This document shows, one piece after another, positions 21,075-31,007 of a stretch of 64,000 nt of DNA. Made by a program: the position numbers and the translations under genes. Source of the DNA: an uncultured delta proteobacterium (lineage in GTDB: Bacteria; Desulfobacterota; Desulfobacteria; Desulfobacterales; Desulfatirhabdiaceae); assembly GCA_963789395.1 (NCBI GenBank), contig CAWBKP010000004.1:1-64000 (forward strand), in the 5' to 3' direction. The notes beneath the pieces were generated by a model that was not told where the DNA came from, did not search any database, and saw only the letters and a list, made by a program, of their open reading frames with translations. Positions within the stretch are counted from its first letter, which is position 1; the number at the start of each line of letters is the position of its first letter.

Positions 21075-21279
21075 TGTCCCGCTCAGCTTTCCCTTGCCTT
21101 CTGATTTGACATGTGGCAAGGTGCTCACTTATCAGGAATCGTCTACAGAAGGCTTTCTTCCAGTAAGTTCACACCACAGGCGTACCCCCTTGGCTCACCT
21201 CCGATGCGTAACCCGGCTGAGTCAGGCCGGTCCGCGGCTTTTGTCCGGGGAGATAGCCGCTCTTGAAAGGAGGCTGGAT

Positions 21280-22761
21280 ATGTGGACCCGACAGACACTC
21301 CATGATCTGATCCGCAGCAAAATGGCCGGCTACCGGTTCATCGTGGTCGCAAACCGCGAGCCGTTTATCCACCGGTACGTCGGCGACCAGATCACGGTGA
21401 TAAAGCCGGCGAGCGGGATGGTGACGGCCATTGACCCGATCATGGACGCCAGCGGCGGCACCTGGATTGCGCACGGCAGCGGGGATGCGGATCGCGATGT
21501 GGTAGACGCATTCGATCGCGTTCGCGTCCCGCCTGACAACCCGACCTACACCCTTCGCAGGGTGTGGCTGACCAAAGCGCAGGAAAAGGGTTTCTACTAC
21601 GGCCTGTCCAACGAAGGACTGTGGCCGTTATGCCACATCACATTCACCGCCCCGCAGTTCCGCCCGGAGGACTGGGAGATGTACCGCGAGGTGAACCGGT
21701 TGTTTGCCGATGCAGTGCTTCAGGAGGCCGGCGATCAGCCGACCTTCGTGTTCATCCAGGACTACCATTTCTGCCTGCTCCCGCGGATGCTGAAACAGGC
21801 GAGCTCCAATCTGATTGTGGCCCAGTTCTGGCATATTCCCTGGCCCAATCTTGAGGTGTTCCGGACATTTCCGTGGAAAGCGGAACTGCTTGGCGGACTG
21901 CTGGGAAATGATCTTCTCGGGTTTCACATCCGATACCACTGCCAGAACTTTCTCGACACGCTGGACCGGATGGTTGAGGCCCGGGTGGATACGGACCGAT
22001 TCCTGGTCACCAGCGGCGGACAGACCACCGCAATCCGGGATTTCCCGATCAGTATCGATTTTGCCGAGCACGCCGCCCTGTCCCAGGCTCCGGATGTGGA
22101 AGCGGCAATGGCCTTGTGGAAAAAGCGGCTCGGAAAAACCGCGGAGATTCTCGGTGTCGGGATCGAGCGGCTGGATTACTCCAAAGGCATCCCCCAGCGG
22201 CTGCAGGCGGTAAACTACCTGATGGTGAATCACCCCGAGCTGCGGCGGCGCTTTGTGTTCCTGCAGATCGCCGCGCCGTCCCGGTCGCACATTCCGGAGT
22301 ACCGGAGAATCGAGGATGAGATCGAAAACTTGGTCGATGAAATCAACTTCCGGTGGAAGGAAGGGAGCTGGCAGCCGGTGGTGTTTGTGAAGGAACACCA
22401 TGATCCGGTGGACATGATGGCCCTTCACCGGCTGGCGCGGCTCTTTGTGGTCAGTTCGCTGCACGACGGGATGAACCTGGTTGCCAAGGAATTTGTTGCC
22501 AGCCGGGCCGATAATGACGGGGTGCTGATTCTGAGCGAGTTTACCGGCAGCTCCCGCGAGCTGACCGATGCCATCCAGGTGAATCCTTTCGCCGTGCACG
22601 AACTGGCCGATGCCATGCACCAGGCGGCGGTTATGCCGCAGGAGGAGCGGTCCCGGCGGATGCTGCGGATGCGGGAGCATATCGCCCAGCACAACGTCTA
22701 CCGATGGGGCGGCAAGGTGCTCTCGGAGCTGCTGAAATTTGACTTTCCGGAGAACGTATGA
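21280..22761 (+). CDS. otsA: Trehalose-6-phosphate synthase (GT20)
   Basis: RBS AGGAGG, IVVANREP, FYYGLSNEGLWPLCH, QDYHF, FWHIPWP, ERLDYSKG, LHDGMNLVAKEF. Confidence 0.9.
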   Translation: MWTRQTLHDLIRSKMAGYRFIVVANREPFIHRYVGDQITVIKPASGMVTAIDPIMDASGGTWIAHGSGDADRDVVDAFDRVRVPPDNPTYTLRRVWLTKAQEKGFYYGLSNEGLWPLCHITFTAPQFRPEDWEMYREVNRLFADAVLQEAGDQPTFVFIQDYHFCLLPRMLKQASSNLIVAQFWHIPWPNLEVFRTFPWKAELLGGLLGNDLLGFHIRYHCQNFLDTLDRMVEARVDTDRFLVTSGGQTTAIRDFPISIDFAEHAALSQAPDVEAAMALWKKRLGKTAEILGVGIERLDYSKGIPQRLQAVNYLMVNHPELRRRFVFLQIAAPSRSHIPEYRRIEDEIENLVDEINFRWKEGSWQPVVFVKEHHDPVDMMALHRLARLFVVSSLHDGMNLVAKEFVASRADNDGVLILSEFTGSSRELTDAIQVNPFAVHELADAMHQAAVMPQEERSRRMLRMREHIAQHNVYRWGGKVLSELLKFDFPENV

Positions 22762-23573
22762 TGCCCGAACCGATATCCGCTCAACGCGGGTCTCTCGCCA
22801 AAAGGGTGTGTTCCGCCCCGAAGGTGCTGCTGTTCACCGATTTCGACGGAACGCTGGTCCCGATCAAAGCGCGACCGACCGAGTGCTGTCTTGATCCGGC
22901 GATCGGCCGGCTCCTGTCTGCTCTGGCAGGACAGGAGCGCGTCGCCGTCGGGATCGTGAGCGGCCGGGAACTGGAAGATCTCCGGACTCGCGTCGGCGTT
23001 GACGGGATCGCGTATGCCGGGAACCACGGACTCGAAATCGAAGGGCCCGGCTTTTCCTTCCGCGAGCCGAACGCCGAGAGACTGAGCAGGGCGCTGCACG
23101 GACTGCTCGGCGATCTTGAACACTCTCTTACCGAAGTTCCCGGCGCCTGGATCCAGGACAAGGGTCTGTCCGCAAGTATCCACTATCGGCAAGTTGCGCC
23201 GGCGGATGTTCCGCATCTGATTGACATGGTGCGCAGCATTGCCGCGCCCTGTGTGGCGGCGCAACAGGTTGTCCTCCGCGGCGGCAAAATGGTGCTGGAA
23301 ATCCGGCCGGCCGGTGACTGGCACAAAGGAAAGGCCGTTGGGTGGTTAACCGGGCAGATGTCGTCGGATTGCACAAAACCCTTGCTGATTTATCTTGGTG
23401 ACGACACCACGGATGAAGATGTGTTCGCGGCGCTGCCTGAAGAGATCACGATCCGTGTCGGAGACCATCGCAGCACCTCGGCCAATTACACCGTGCGCGA
23501 CCCCGGCGAAGTCCATGCTTTTTTAAGCTGGCTACTGAACGTCATCGTGGATTCCCGCAGCCTCAACAGATAA
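22758..23573 (+). CDS. otsB: Trehalose-6-phosphate phosphatase
   Basis: FTDFDGTL, IVSGR, YAGNHGLE, GKMVLEIRP..WHKG, GDDTTDED. Confidence 0.93.
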   Translation: MMPEPISAQRGSLAKRVCSAPKVLLFTDFDGTLVPIKARPTECCLDPAIGRLLSALAGQERVAVGIVSGRELEDLRTRVGVDGIAYAGNHGLEIEGPGFSFREPNAERLSRALHGLLGDLEHSLTEVPGAWIQDKGLSASIHYRQVAPADVPHLIDMVRSIAAPCVAAQQVVLRGGKMVLEIRPAGDWHKGKAVGWLTGQMSSDCTKPLLIYLGDDTTDEDVFAALPEEITIRVGDHRSTSANYTVRDPGEVHAFLSWLLNVIVDSRSLNR

Positions 23574-23694
23574 ACTTCATCGATCCCTGCTGCCGGAAAA
23601 AAGTTTCCCCTGACACCGGAGAATGCGACCCACGCCGAATGCTCTTTTTTATAATATTATGTTTATTATCAAAGAATGATTATTAAATAATAAC

Positions 23695-23723
23695 TTGACA
23701 AAATAATCAGGTTTGGTTATTAT
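23695..23723 (+). promoter_or_regulatory. Sigma70-type promoter of the oxidative-stress cluster
   Basis: TTGACA-17 bp-TATTAT. AT-rich Fur/Per-box-like AAAGAATGATTATTAAAT lies just upstream. Confidence 0.65.
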
Positions 23724-23787
23724 CTTTCAACAGATGTGAAACTGAATAAAAGGGATCGGTTTAAAACAATTTGTTCAGGAGGACAGC

Positions 23788-24144
23788 ATGATGAAACTGA
23801 ATGATATCCGCAAGGATTTAAGACTGATGAATGCCATTGACTGGCAGATGACGCCCGAAGAGGCGGTCGTTCTATACCTTGAATGGGGAAATAACTGGGC
23901 GCACGGGATCAATCTCATCCGTTCAAAAAGTGACGTCAGTCATTATTTTGTGGTCAACAACTGGGGGAAAACCCCTATCGTCTATCTGATCCGCAGAAAT
24001 TCGGAAGAAGCGGTCGAGCTGGCGGAATTCGAACTTCCCGACAAGATCAAGGAGATTTTTCAAAAATCAGTCGCATTCAACAAAGGCGTATATGCCGTTG
24101 AGGGTGCGGTGAAAGAATGGCTTCAAAAAGAACTGATGAATTGA
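23788..24144 (+). CDS. DVU0772-family protein
   Basis: IDWQMTPEEAVVLYLEWGNN signature, next to a PerR-like gene. Confidence 0.8.
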   Translation: MMKLNDIRKDLRLMNAIDWQMTPEEAVVLYLEWGNNWAHGINLIRSKSDVSHYFVVNNWGKTPIVYLIRRNSEEAVELAEFELPDKIKEIFQKSVAFNKGVYAVEGAVKEWLQKELMN

Positions 24145-24171
24145 TCCGGGAGAAACCACGGGAGTCCAATA

Positions 24172-24622
24172 ATGAATACATGCATGTCCAGGCTCGATCA
24201 CATGGTTGATGTGCTGAAAGAAAACGGGTTCAGACTCACCCCCCAGCGGATCGCCATTGTCGAGATACTGGCAAATAGCTGTGAGCATCCCGGCGTGGAG
24301 CAGATTCATCGCGAAGTAACCAAGCGTTTTTCCACAACGAGCCTGGCCACTGTTTACAAGACGGTTTCCTTGCTGAAAGATCTGGGAGAAGTCATGGAAA
24401 TCGGCTTCGGGGATGAAAATCAACCGATATGACGGAAAAAATCCCCACCCCCATCCGCACATCATGTGCGTGAAATGCAAATCGATTATAGATCCGGATC
24501 TTTCCGCGCTCAATGCCTTGTCGTGGGAGCTTGCCGAAGAGACGGGCTATAAAATTTTCTCCCATCGTCTCGATTTTTTTGGAATATGCCCGAAATGTCA
24601 AAAAAATCAGAACAATAATTGA
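24172..24622 (+). CDS. perR: Fur-family peroxide regulator (PerR-like), frameshift ~24420
   Basis: RLTPQRIAI, HPGVEQIH, SLATVYKT, RYDG..HPHIMCVKC...GICPKC; precedes rubrerythrin. Confidence 0.8.
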
Positions 24623-24649
24623 TCACAACCAACACAAAAAGGAGATGCC

Positions 24650-25144
24650 ATGAGTCAGACAGAGAAAAACTTGATGGACGCTTTTGCCGGTGAATCCCAG
24701 GCCAACAGGAAATACCTTGCCTTTGCCAAACAGGCGGACAAAGAAGGATATCCCCGCGCTGCCAGACTCTTCCGGGCCGCGGCCGAGGCGGAAACCGTCC
24801 ATGCCCACACCCATCTTAAAACGCTGGGCGGCATCAGGAGCACGCTGGAAAATCTGAAAGAAGCCCTGGCCGGTGAAACCCATGAGTTTAAATCCATGTA
24901 TCCGGAAATGATCAAAACCGCGGAAGCAGAAGGCGATAAAAATGCGATCCGGACTTTCACCTACGCCAATGAAGTGGAAAAAATTCATGCCGCCCTTTAC
25001 CAGAAGGCGCTCGATACCCTGAGCGATCAGGAGATGACGGATTATTATGTATGCTCGGTTTGCGGGTATACCTGTGAAAACGAGCCGCCCGATACCTGCC
25101 CGGTCTGCATGGCAAAAGCCAAGGCATTTGCCAAGGTTGATTAA
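24650..25144 (+). CDS. rbr: Rubrerythrin
   Basis: AFAGESQANRKY, EAETVHA, ETHE, EKIH, CSVCGY...CPVC. Confidence 0.95.
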   Translation: MSQTEKNLMDAFAGESQANRKYLAFAKQADKEGYPRAARLFRAAAEAETVHAHTHLKTLGGIRSTLENLKEALAGETHEFKSMYPEMIKTAEAEGDKNAIRTFTYANEVEKIHAALYQKALDTLSDQEMTDYYVCSVCGYTCENEPPDTCPVCMAKAKAFAKVD

Positions 25145-25162
25145 AAAATACAGGTGACAAAA

Positions 25163-25373
25163 ATGAAATGCCCCCTTTGCCGGTCAGCAGCATTTTTATG
25201 TCAAGGACCCGGAAGATGCTTATGAAATGTACCCGTTCAATTGCAGTGACGGCTCGATTTGCTTTGATCCGGACGTTGATCCGTCTTTAGCCCCGACAAT
25301 TGACGCCGAGACGGAAACTTTCTGCAATCAATGCGCCTGGCATGGAAAATTTCAGGAATTGAAACAAGACTGA
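25163..25373 (+). CDS. Small two-CxxC (zinc-ribbon-like) protein, one frameshift, absent from the ORF track
   Basis: Repaired translation MKCPLCGQQHFYVKDPEDAYEMYPF...ETFCNQCAWHGKFQELKQD. Confidence 0.65.
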
Positions 25374-25572
25374 GAGTAAAAACGGAATACGCAACGGGCT
25401 CCGGCTGCTATTCCGGAGTGCATCTGAACCAGAGGGGGGAGACGGCTGTGATGCATTTGCCCCCTTTTGGCAAGTCAAACCGGCGCAGTCAGCGGATGAT
25501 CGTACATGAATTCTGACAGCAGGAACCCCTTGAAATCCATCTGATTTTCAGCCACAGGTGTATCAGCCGGAA

Positions 25573-25966
25573 CTATTTGGCCAGCTTGATCGTTACTGCG
25601 GTAACCACTCCCCACACCCAGTTAAAAAACAGCACGCAGGCCGGAGTATAGAGGCCAAGCTTCAACCCTGCCATGCCTTTATGGGCCACAAACGGAAACA
25701 CCACAAAAAGTTGACACTGCCGTTGGAAACAGACTTAAAACACTGCCTTTTGCAAAAGTCGCGAATTGAGCATCGGGAGTATAAAGAGCAGGCCCCACAG
25801 ACCCTCCCCACACAATCCTCGGATACAGCCAGTCAGGACTGAACGCGGGCGACATGGATACCCCGATCAACCGGGTGATCCCCTGATGACCGAAAAACCA
25901 GACGGTTAAACTGTTTGCCAGAGCGCCCGCACATCCTGCTGCAAAACACACCAATAGATTTTTCAT
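25573..25966 (-). CDS. Hypothetical membrane protein (frameshifted)
   Basis: MKNLLVCFAAGCAGALANSL...WLYPRIVWGG..., ends FFNWVWGVVTAVTIKLAK*. Confidence 0.65.
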
Positions 25967-26038
25967 CGAAATTTCCTTTTGATTTTGGATTGATCACGCT
26001 GCCATCCGTGCCGGTTATTTTACAAAACCACCGACCGG

Positions 26039-27511
26039 CTACCAGGCAGACAAAACATAGCTGTCCACCGGTGCAAAATCGTCGGTCAGAGGCGGCATAT
26101 CCAGGGCAATCGGTGTCTTGAGTCTGTTTGCGAGCATGGAAGCGATATCCACATCCGGACTCGGGACTGAGGGTTCGGCCTCTGAGACAAACGCCGCAAT
26201 AATGATGTTCTGCCAGCCGGAGGGATCATTCGGATCGTCCACGGCAAAGGCCATGACTTTGGGAAATGTGCTTGCGTAGGTCGCAAAAAGTGCGCGGAAA
26301 AAACGGCCCCGATCCCCTTCAATCGCTGACAGAAGATTGATGAGTACCACGCCGTCGGGGGTCATCGAGGACTTGATGCGACGCGCTGTTTCCAGCGTGG
26401 TCAGGTGAAACGGAATGGCGTAGTGGGAGTTGAACGCATCGCAGAGGATGGCATCGTATTTTTCCGTATTTCGATTGAGAAAGGTTCGGGCATCTTCCTC
26501 GATGATATTCAGACGCGGATGATCGCGGAGCCCGAAATAGTCCCTGGCCAGCGCCGTGATGCCGGGGTCCAGTTCCACCACGTCCACACGAACGTTCACA
26601 TCGTTTTCCAGCGCATATTTCGGAAAAGAAAACCCGCCGCCGCCCAGCACCAGCAATCGCCGCATCTCGGGCGCAAAATACCTGGCCAGCCGATAAAAGC
26701 GGGTGTAAGGCAGGGCAAGCTCGGAAGGGTTATCCAGGTACATGGCCGACTGCCAGGCATGAGGACCCGTAATCATAATCCGCATGATCCGGCCGGTGTT
26801 TTTTTCCGTCCCGTTAAACACAAGCACCCGGTTATACGGCGTGTCAACATCCACAAAACCCGCAACAGCCATTCTCTTGTCATAACTCAGCACAAAAATC
26901 AGCAGCAGCAGGAAGATCGCGCAGGCTGCAATCTTGATCCAGCCATGGCTGCGATCCACCAGCAGCGATGCCAGCGCCAGAACCGCCGCCATCAGCAGGA
27001 GGATATTCGTGCTTCCCAGTCCCGGAATGAGCACAAAACCGGCCAGAAACGTTCCGGATATGCTTCCGATGGTGGAAATGGCATAGAGTTTTCCGGCTGT
27101 GCGACCGCTTGTCTGCGTGTCTTCGAGCTTGAGCCTGACGGCAAACGGCGATACCATGCCGATCAAAATTGATGGCGGTGCAAACAAAAGAAGGGTTGCC
27201 GACATGGCGGCCGTATGCAGCCCGCCGCTCCTGTCCTGAAGAAACCCCAGAACAACTGTTTTGATCAGGACCACAAAAGCCGTTGCAACGGCCGAAATCA
27301 GGATGATTCCGCCAAGCAGCCTGGCCTCGGGCCGCCGGTCCGCCAATCGTCCTCCCCACCAGTACCCGATGCTCAGCGATGCCAGAATAATGCCGATCAG
27401 GCTCGTCCATACCACCAGAGAGGTGCCAAGATAGGGCGCCAGCACCCGTGTTCCGGTCAACTCGATGACCATCACCACAGCCCCGCAGAGAAAAACAGCG
27501 ATTTCCAGCAT
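26039..27511 (-). CDS. Fused membrane domain/spermidine-synthase-like SAM-dependent transferase
   Basis: TM region E..GTRVLAPYLGTS, LYAISTIGSI.G; VLGGGGFSFP, VVELDP, EDARTFL, YDAILCDAF. Confidence 0.9.
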   Translation of the reverse strand: MLEIAVFLCGAVVMVIELTGTRVLAPYLGTSLVVWTSLIGIILASLSIGYWWGGRLADRRPEARLLGGIILISAVATAFVVLIKTVVLGFLQDRSGGLHTAAMSATLLLFAPPSILIGMVSPFAVRLKLEDTQTSGRTAGKLYAISTIGSISGTFLAGFVLIPGLGSTNILLLMAAVLALASLLVDRSHGWIKIAACAIFLLLLIFVLSYDKRMAVAGFVDVDTPYNRVLVFNGTEKNTGRIMRIMITGPHAWQSAMYLDNPSELALPYTRFYRLARYFAPEMRRLLVLGGGGFSFPKYALENDVNVRVDVVELDPGITALARDYFGLRDHPRLNIIEEDARTFLNRNTEKYDAILCDAFNSHYAIPFHLTTLETARRIKSSMTPDGVVLINLLSAIEGDRGRFFRALFATYASTFPKVMAFAVDDPNDPSGWQNIIIAAFVSEAEPSVPSPDVDIASMLANRLKTPIALDMPPLTDDFAPVDSYVLSAW

Positions 27512-27549
27512 AACGGTTTTTCCAGTTCAGAGTGGAATGCAATCCATAG

Positions 27550-28059
27550 TCAAGGCCGGGACAGGAAACCCGGTAAATGAAATATCTTCCGGGTTTCACG
27601 CCAGGGGGCGTGATCAAGGGATATCAGTCCGGCAGCCTGCAGGATGACATTGGAAACAATGATGCCTTCAGGCGCCATCAGATGCTTCAACAGCCCACCC
27701 ATTCGCAAGGCAAGCGATTCATATGGCCCTGGCATTGCTGGTTCCCAGATCGATGTGAGCCAGGGCCGCCTTTGCGGGCAGCCGGGCGGCAGCGGAGACC
27801 AGGGTGTGTTCGATGTCTCCGAGAATCAGAAATTTCTCCGGCGGAACAGACATGGCGTGTGCCCGGCAAAGATATTCGGCCGTTCAAAAACATAGATCTC
27901 TCTTTCCGGCAAGAGTTCCCGCAGATGGTCATAGGTGCGTCCGTTGCCAAGGCCCAGCTCCAGAACCGGCCCGGCGATACCGGCAACGGCTTCGGCCGCC
28001 CAGTTCAGACAAGCCCGCTGGGCAAGCATTCGCCGGATAAAACTATCGAGTCTGCTCAT
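27550..28059 (-). CDS. Class I SAM-dependent methyltransferase (frameshifted)
   Basis: MSRLDSFIRRM..QRACL...GPVLELGLGNGRTYDHLRE...IYVFER. Confidence 0.75.
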
Positions 28060-28218
28060 TGGCGTTTTCCCTGTCGGTTAAGTTGCAGTTTTCATACTGC
28101 AACAACACGTTGCAATCTCTCCTGTGTTTTGTTATCTCATAATCAAATACCATTTTTATTAAAAAATACAAACCTGATTTCTTGCCATACACGAAAAGAA
28201 TACGGGGGTAGTTTTCTC

Positions 28219-28742
28219 ATGAAGGAAAAGACAAAAGAAAACATTTACACGGCATTCATCGGCGAGGCAAAGGCATATTTCAGGCTTCTGGCGTATGCTG
28301 AAAAGGCCGAAGAAGAAGAGGTTCCGCAAATTGCGCTGCTGTTTCGCGCCATTGCCGAGGCGGAACGGGTTCATGCGGCGCGCAATTTGTCTCTGGTAAA
28401 AGACATGGTGGTGAAAGATACGGACACCAATCTGAAGAATTCGTTTAAACGCGAAAAATCCATCAGTGAAAATGAATATCCGGAATTTATCAGGGATGCG
28501 GAACAGGATGGCGAGCAGGCGGCCGCGCTTGATATTCAGCCAGGCCAGAGACGCCGAAGCCGTCCACTCGAAATTATATGAGCGCGCCATTTATCATGTG
28601 ATCAAGGACGAAATAAAAGCCTATCATGTCTGTCAGGTCTGCGGATACGTCACGGACAAGGCGGCTCCGGACAAATGTCCCGATTTGCGGGGCGGCAAAA
28701 GACAAGTTTAAAACGATTGACCCTCCTGAAACCCCTGGTTGA
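28219..28742 (+). CDS. Second rubrerythrin-family protein (frameshifts)
   Basis: AFIGEAKA, LFRAIAEAERVHA, EAVHSKLY, CQVCGY...KCPICGA. Confidence 0.85.
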
Positions 28743-28851
28743 GGAATTTTTTCAATTTCCTGAAACATTAAACAACCGATTGCTTTACGACCCGGAATGT
28801 GAAATATTCATCATTATTCATGCAGCCTTCGTACACAGTGCAGGAGGGAAA

Positions 28852-29263
28852 ATGGGAAAACGAAAAAAACGGTCCAGAACCAAAAAACCGCAATCGAAGC
28901 CCATCATCCAGAATCCGAAGCCCCCGTCCCTCAGTCAGGAAATCAATACCATCATCCAGTTGTCGCATCAGAGAGAAGCGCGGTTATTGACGCTGGGAAA
29001 GCTGGTTTTCTTTTCCACGGAAACCGGCGATGCGTGGATACTGGATCCCGATCAAGGGCGCGCCAGATGCCTGAGCCTTGACGGCGAAAAACAGCCGGTT
29101 ACGATCAATGAAGCTTCCGCGGATTCCGGCATCGATTGGGATTCTGAATATCGAATCAAAGGCAGCCTGTTTACCGTGCTCGAATATTCCGGCTCGGTAC
29201 GCACCATCCTGGGGTATCCGACACGTCAACATCGAAGAGGCCATCCGGCAGCAAGGCGTGTAA
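28852..29263 (+). CDS. Hypothetical protein
   Basis: RBS GGAGG, MGKRKKRSR...LVFFSTETGDAWILDP; frameshift near the C-terminus. Confidence 0.6.
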
Positions 29264-29303
29264 GCAGCCTGTTCCATTTTTTCACATCTTTCTGCGATTT
29301 CTT

Positions 29304-31007
29304 ATGCTTCAAGAACTTTCCATCAAAAATTTCGCCATCATCGATGATCTCCGGATATCCTTTTCCGAAGGGTTGACCATCCTGAGCGGCGAAACCGGGG
29401 CCGGCAAATCCATCATTCTTCAGGCCGTCAATCTCCTGCTGGGAAGCCGCGCAGGCGCCGCCATGATCCGATCGGGCGCGGAGGCCGCGGAACTGGAGGC
29501 ATTGTTTGTCATTTCGCCCGACAGCCGCACGGCCGCTGCGATGGCGTCCCACGGGTACGACCCTGCTGAAGGGCTTCTGATCCGGCGGATCATTTCCGTA
29601 ACCGACCGGCACCGCATTTATATCAACGGCAGACTGGCAACCATTCAGGTTCTGGCCGCCATCACCGAAAGCCTGGCGTCCATCTCCGGGCAGCATGCCC
29701 ATCAGGGGCTGTTAAAGGAAGATCAGCACCTGCTGATCCTGGATCAGTTCGGGGGTCTGGTCTTTCCCTTCGAAATGAAGTTCATGCCGGATATCACGCC
29801 ATGCTGCCCCTGATTCAGAATCTTCATCGCCTTCAGACAGCCGCCCTTCGCCAGACGGAACGGATTGATCTGCTTTCCTTTCAAAAAAAGGAAATCGCGG
29901 AAGCCTGCATCCAGCCCGGAGAAGATTTGGAGCTGGAAAAGGACAGAAACCGGCTGAAGCACGCCGGAATGCTCTATCAGGCGGTTCAGGACAGCATCGA
30001 GAACCTGTACGTGGGAAACGGCGCCGTCTCCGAGCGGCTTTCAACCATTCGAAAAACAATGGACAAGGCGGCCCAGATCGATCCGGGCCTTGCCGCCTTC
30101 TCGACGGCGCTGGCAGACGCCGGCTACCGGATCGAGGAAATTGTCGAAGGCCTGCGATCCTATCTTCACACCATCGAGACAGACGAAGGCCGGCTTGAAG
30201 CTGTCGAGGCCAGAATCGATTTTCTGCATAAGCTCAAGCGAAAGTACGGGGGTTCCCTGGATGCGGTGCTGGCCAGGCTGACCGAAATCGAAAAGGAACT
30301 CTTCGACATCGAACACCTTTCCGGCGCGCTGGAGGAGACCCAAAGCGCGTTGGTCCGGCATCATGCCCGGTTATGCCAGGCAGCCGCGGACGCTGTCGCG
30401 CCGTCGCGCTCAAGCAGCCGCTGCCCTGGCCGAACGCGTCGAAACAGAGCTTGGCGCGCTTAAAATGCCCCATACCCGGTTTCAGATCGCCCTTCGCAGC
30501 ACGCCGGCGGATGACGGCAGCGAGCCGTTTTTGACCTGCGAAGGAAAGGTGCTGGCCGAAACCGGATTGGATCGGGCGGTTTTTCTGATCGCACCGAACC
30601 CGGGCGAAGCATTAAAACCCCTTTCCCAGATCGCCTCCGGCGGAGAACTCTCCCGGGTGGTTCTGGCCCTGAAAGCCATTCTCTCACATAAAGACGCCGT
30701 GGAAACCGTCATTTTTGATGAAGTGGATTCCGGTATCGGCGGGGGGGTGGCGGAGGTTGTCGGAAAAAAGCTTCTGGATCTCTCCGGACATCATCAGGTC
30801 ATCTGCATCACCCATCTGCCGCAGATTGCCAGATTCGGAAACCATCATTTCAGAATCATCAAGACTGTTCAAAAAGGCCGGACCGCCACAACCATTCAGG
30901 CCCTGAATCCCGAGGACAGGGTTCATGAACTGGCGCGAATGCTGGGCGGCGAAACCCTTACCCCTGCCGCCTGGGAACATGCCCGCGAACTGCTTGAATC
31001 ATCATGA
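29304..31007 (+). CDS. recN: DNA repair protein RecN (frameshifted)
   Basis: IKNFAII, SGETGAGKS, ISGQHAHQ, NPGE..KPL..IASGGELSR, IFDEVDSGIGG, QVICITHLPQIA. Confidence 0.95.

Noticed and set aside
18551..21128. Long antisense ORFs (426 aa, 387 aa, Pro-rich 89 aa)
   Set aside because: Shadows of GC-rich sense genes with no recognisable motifs.
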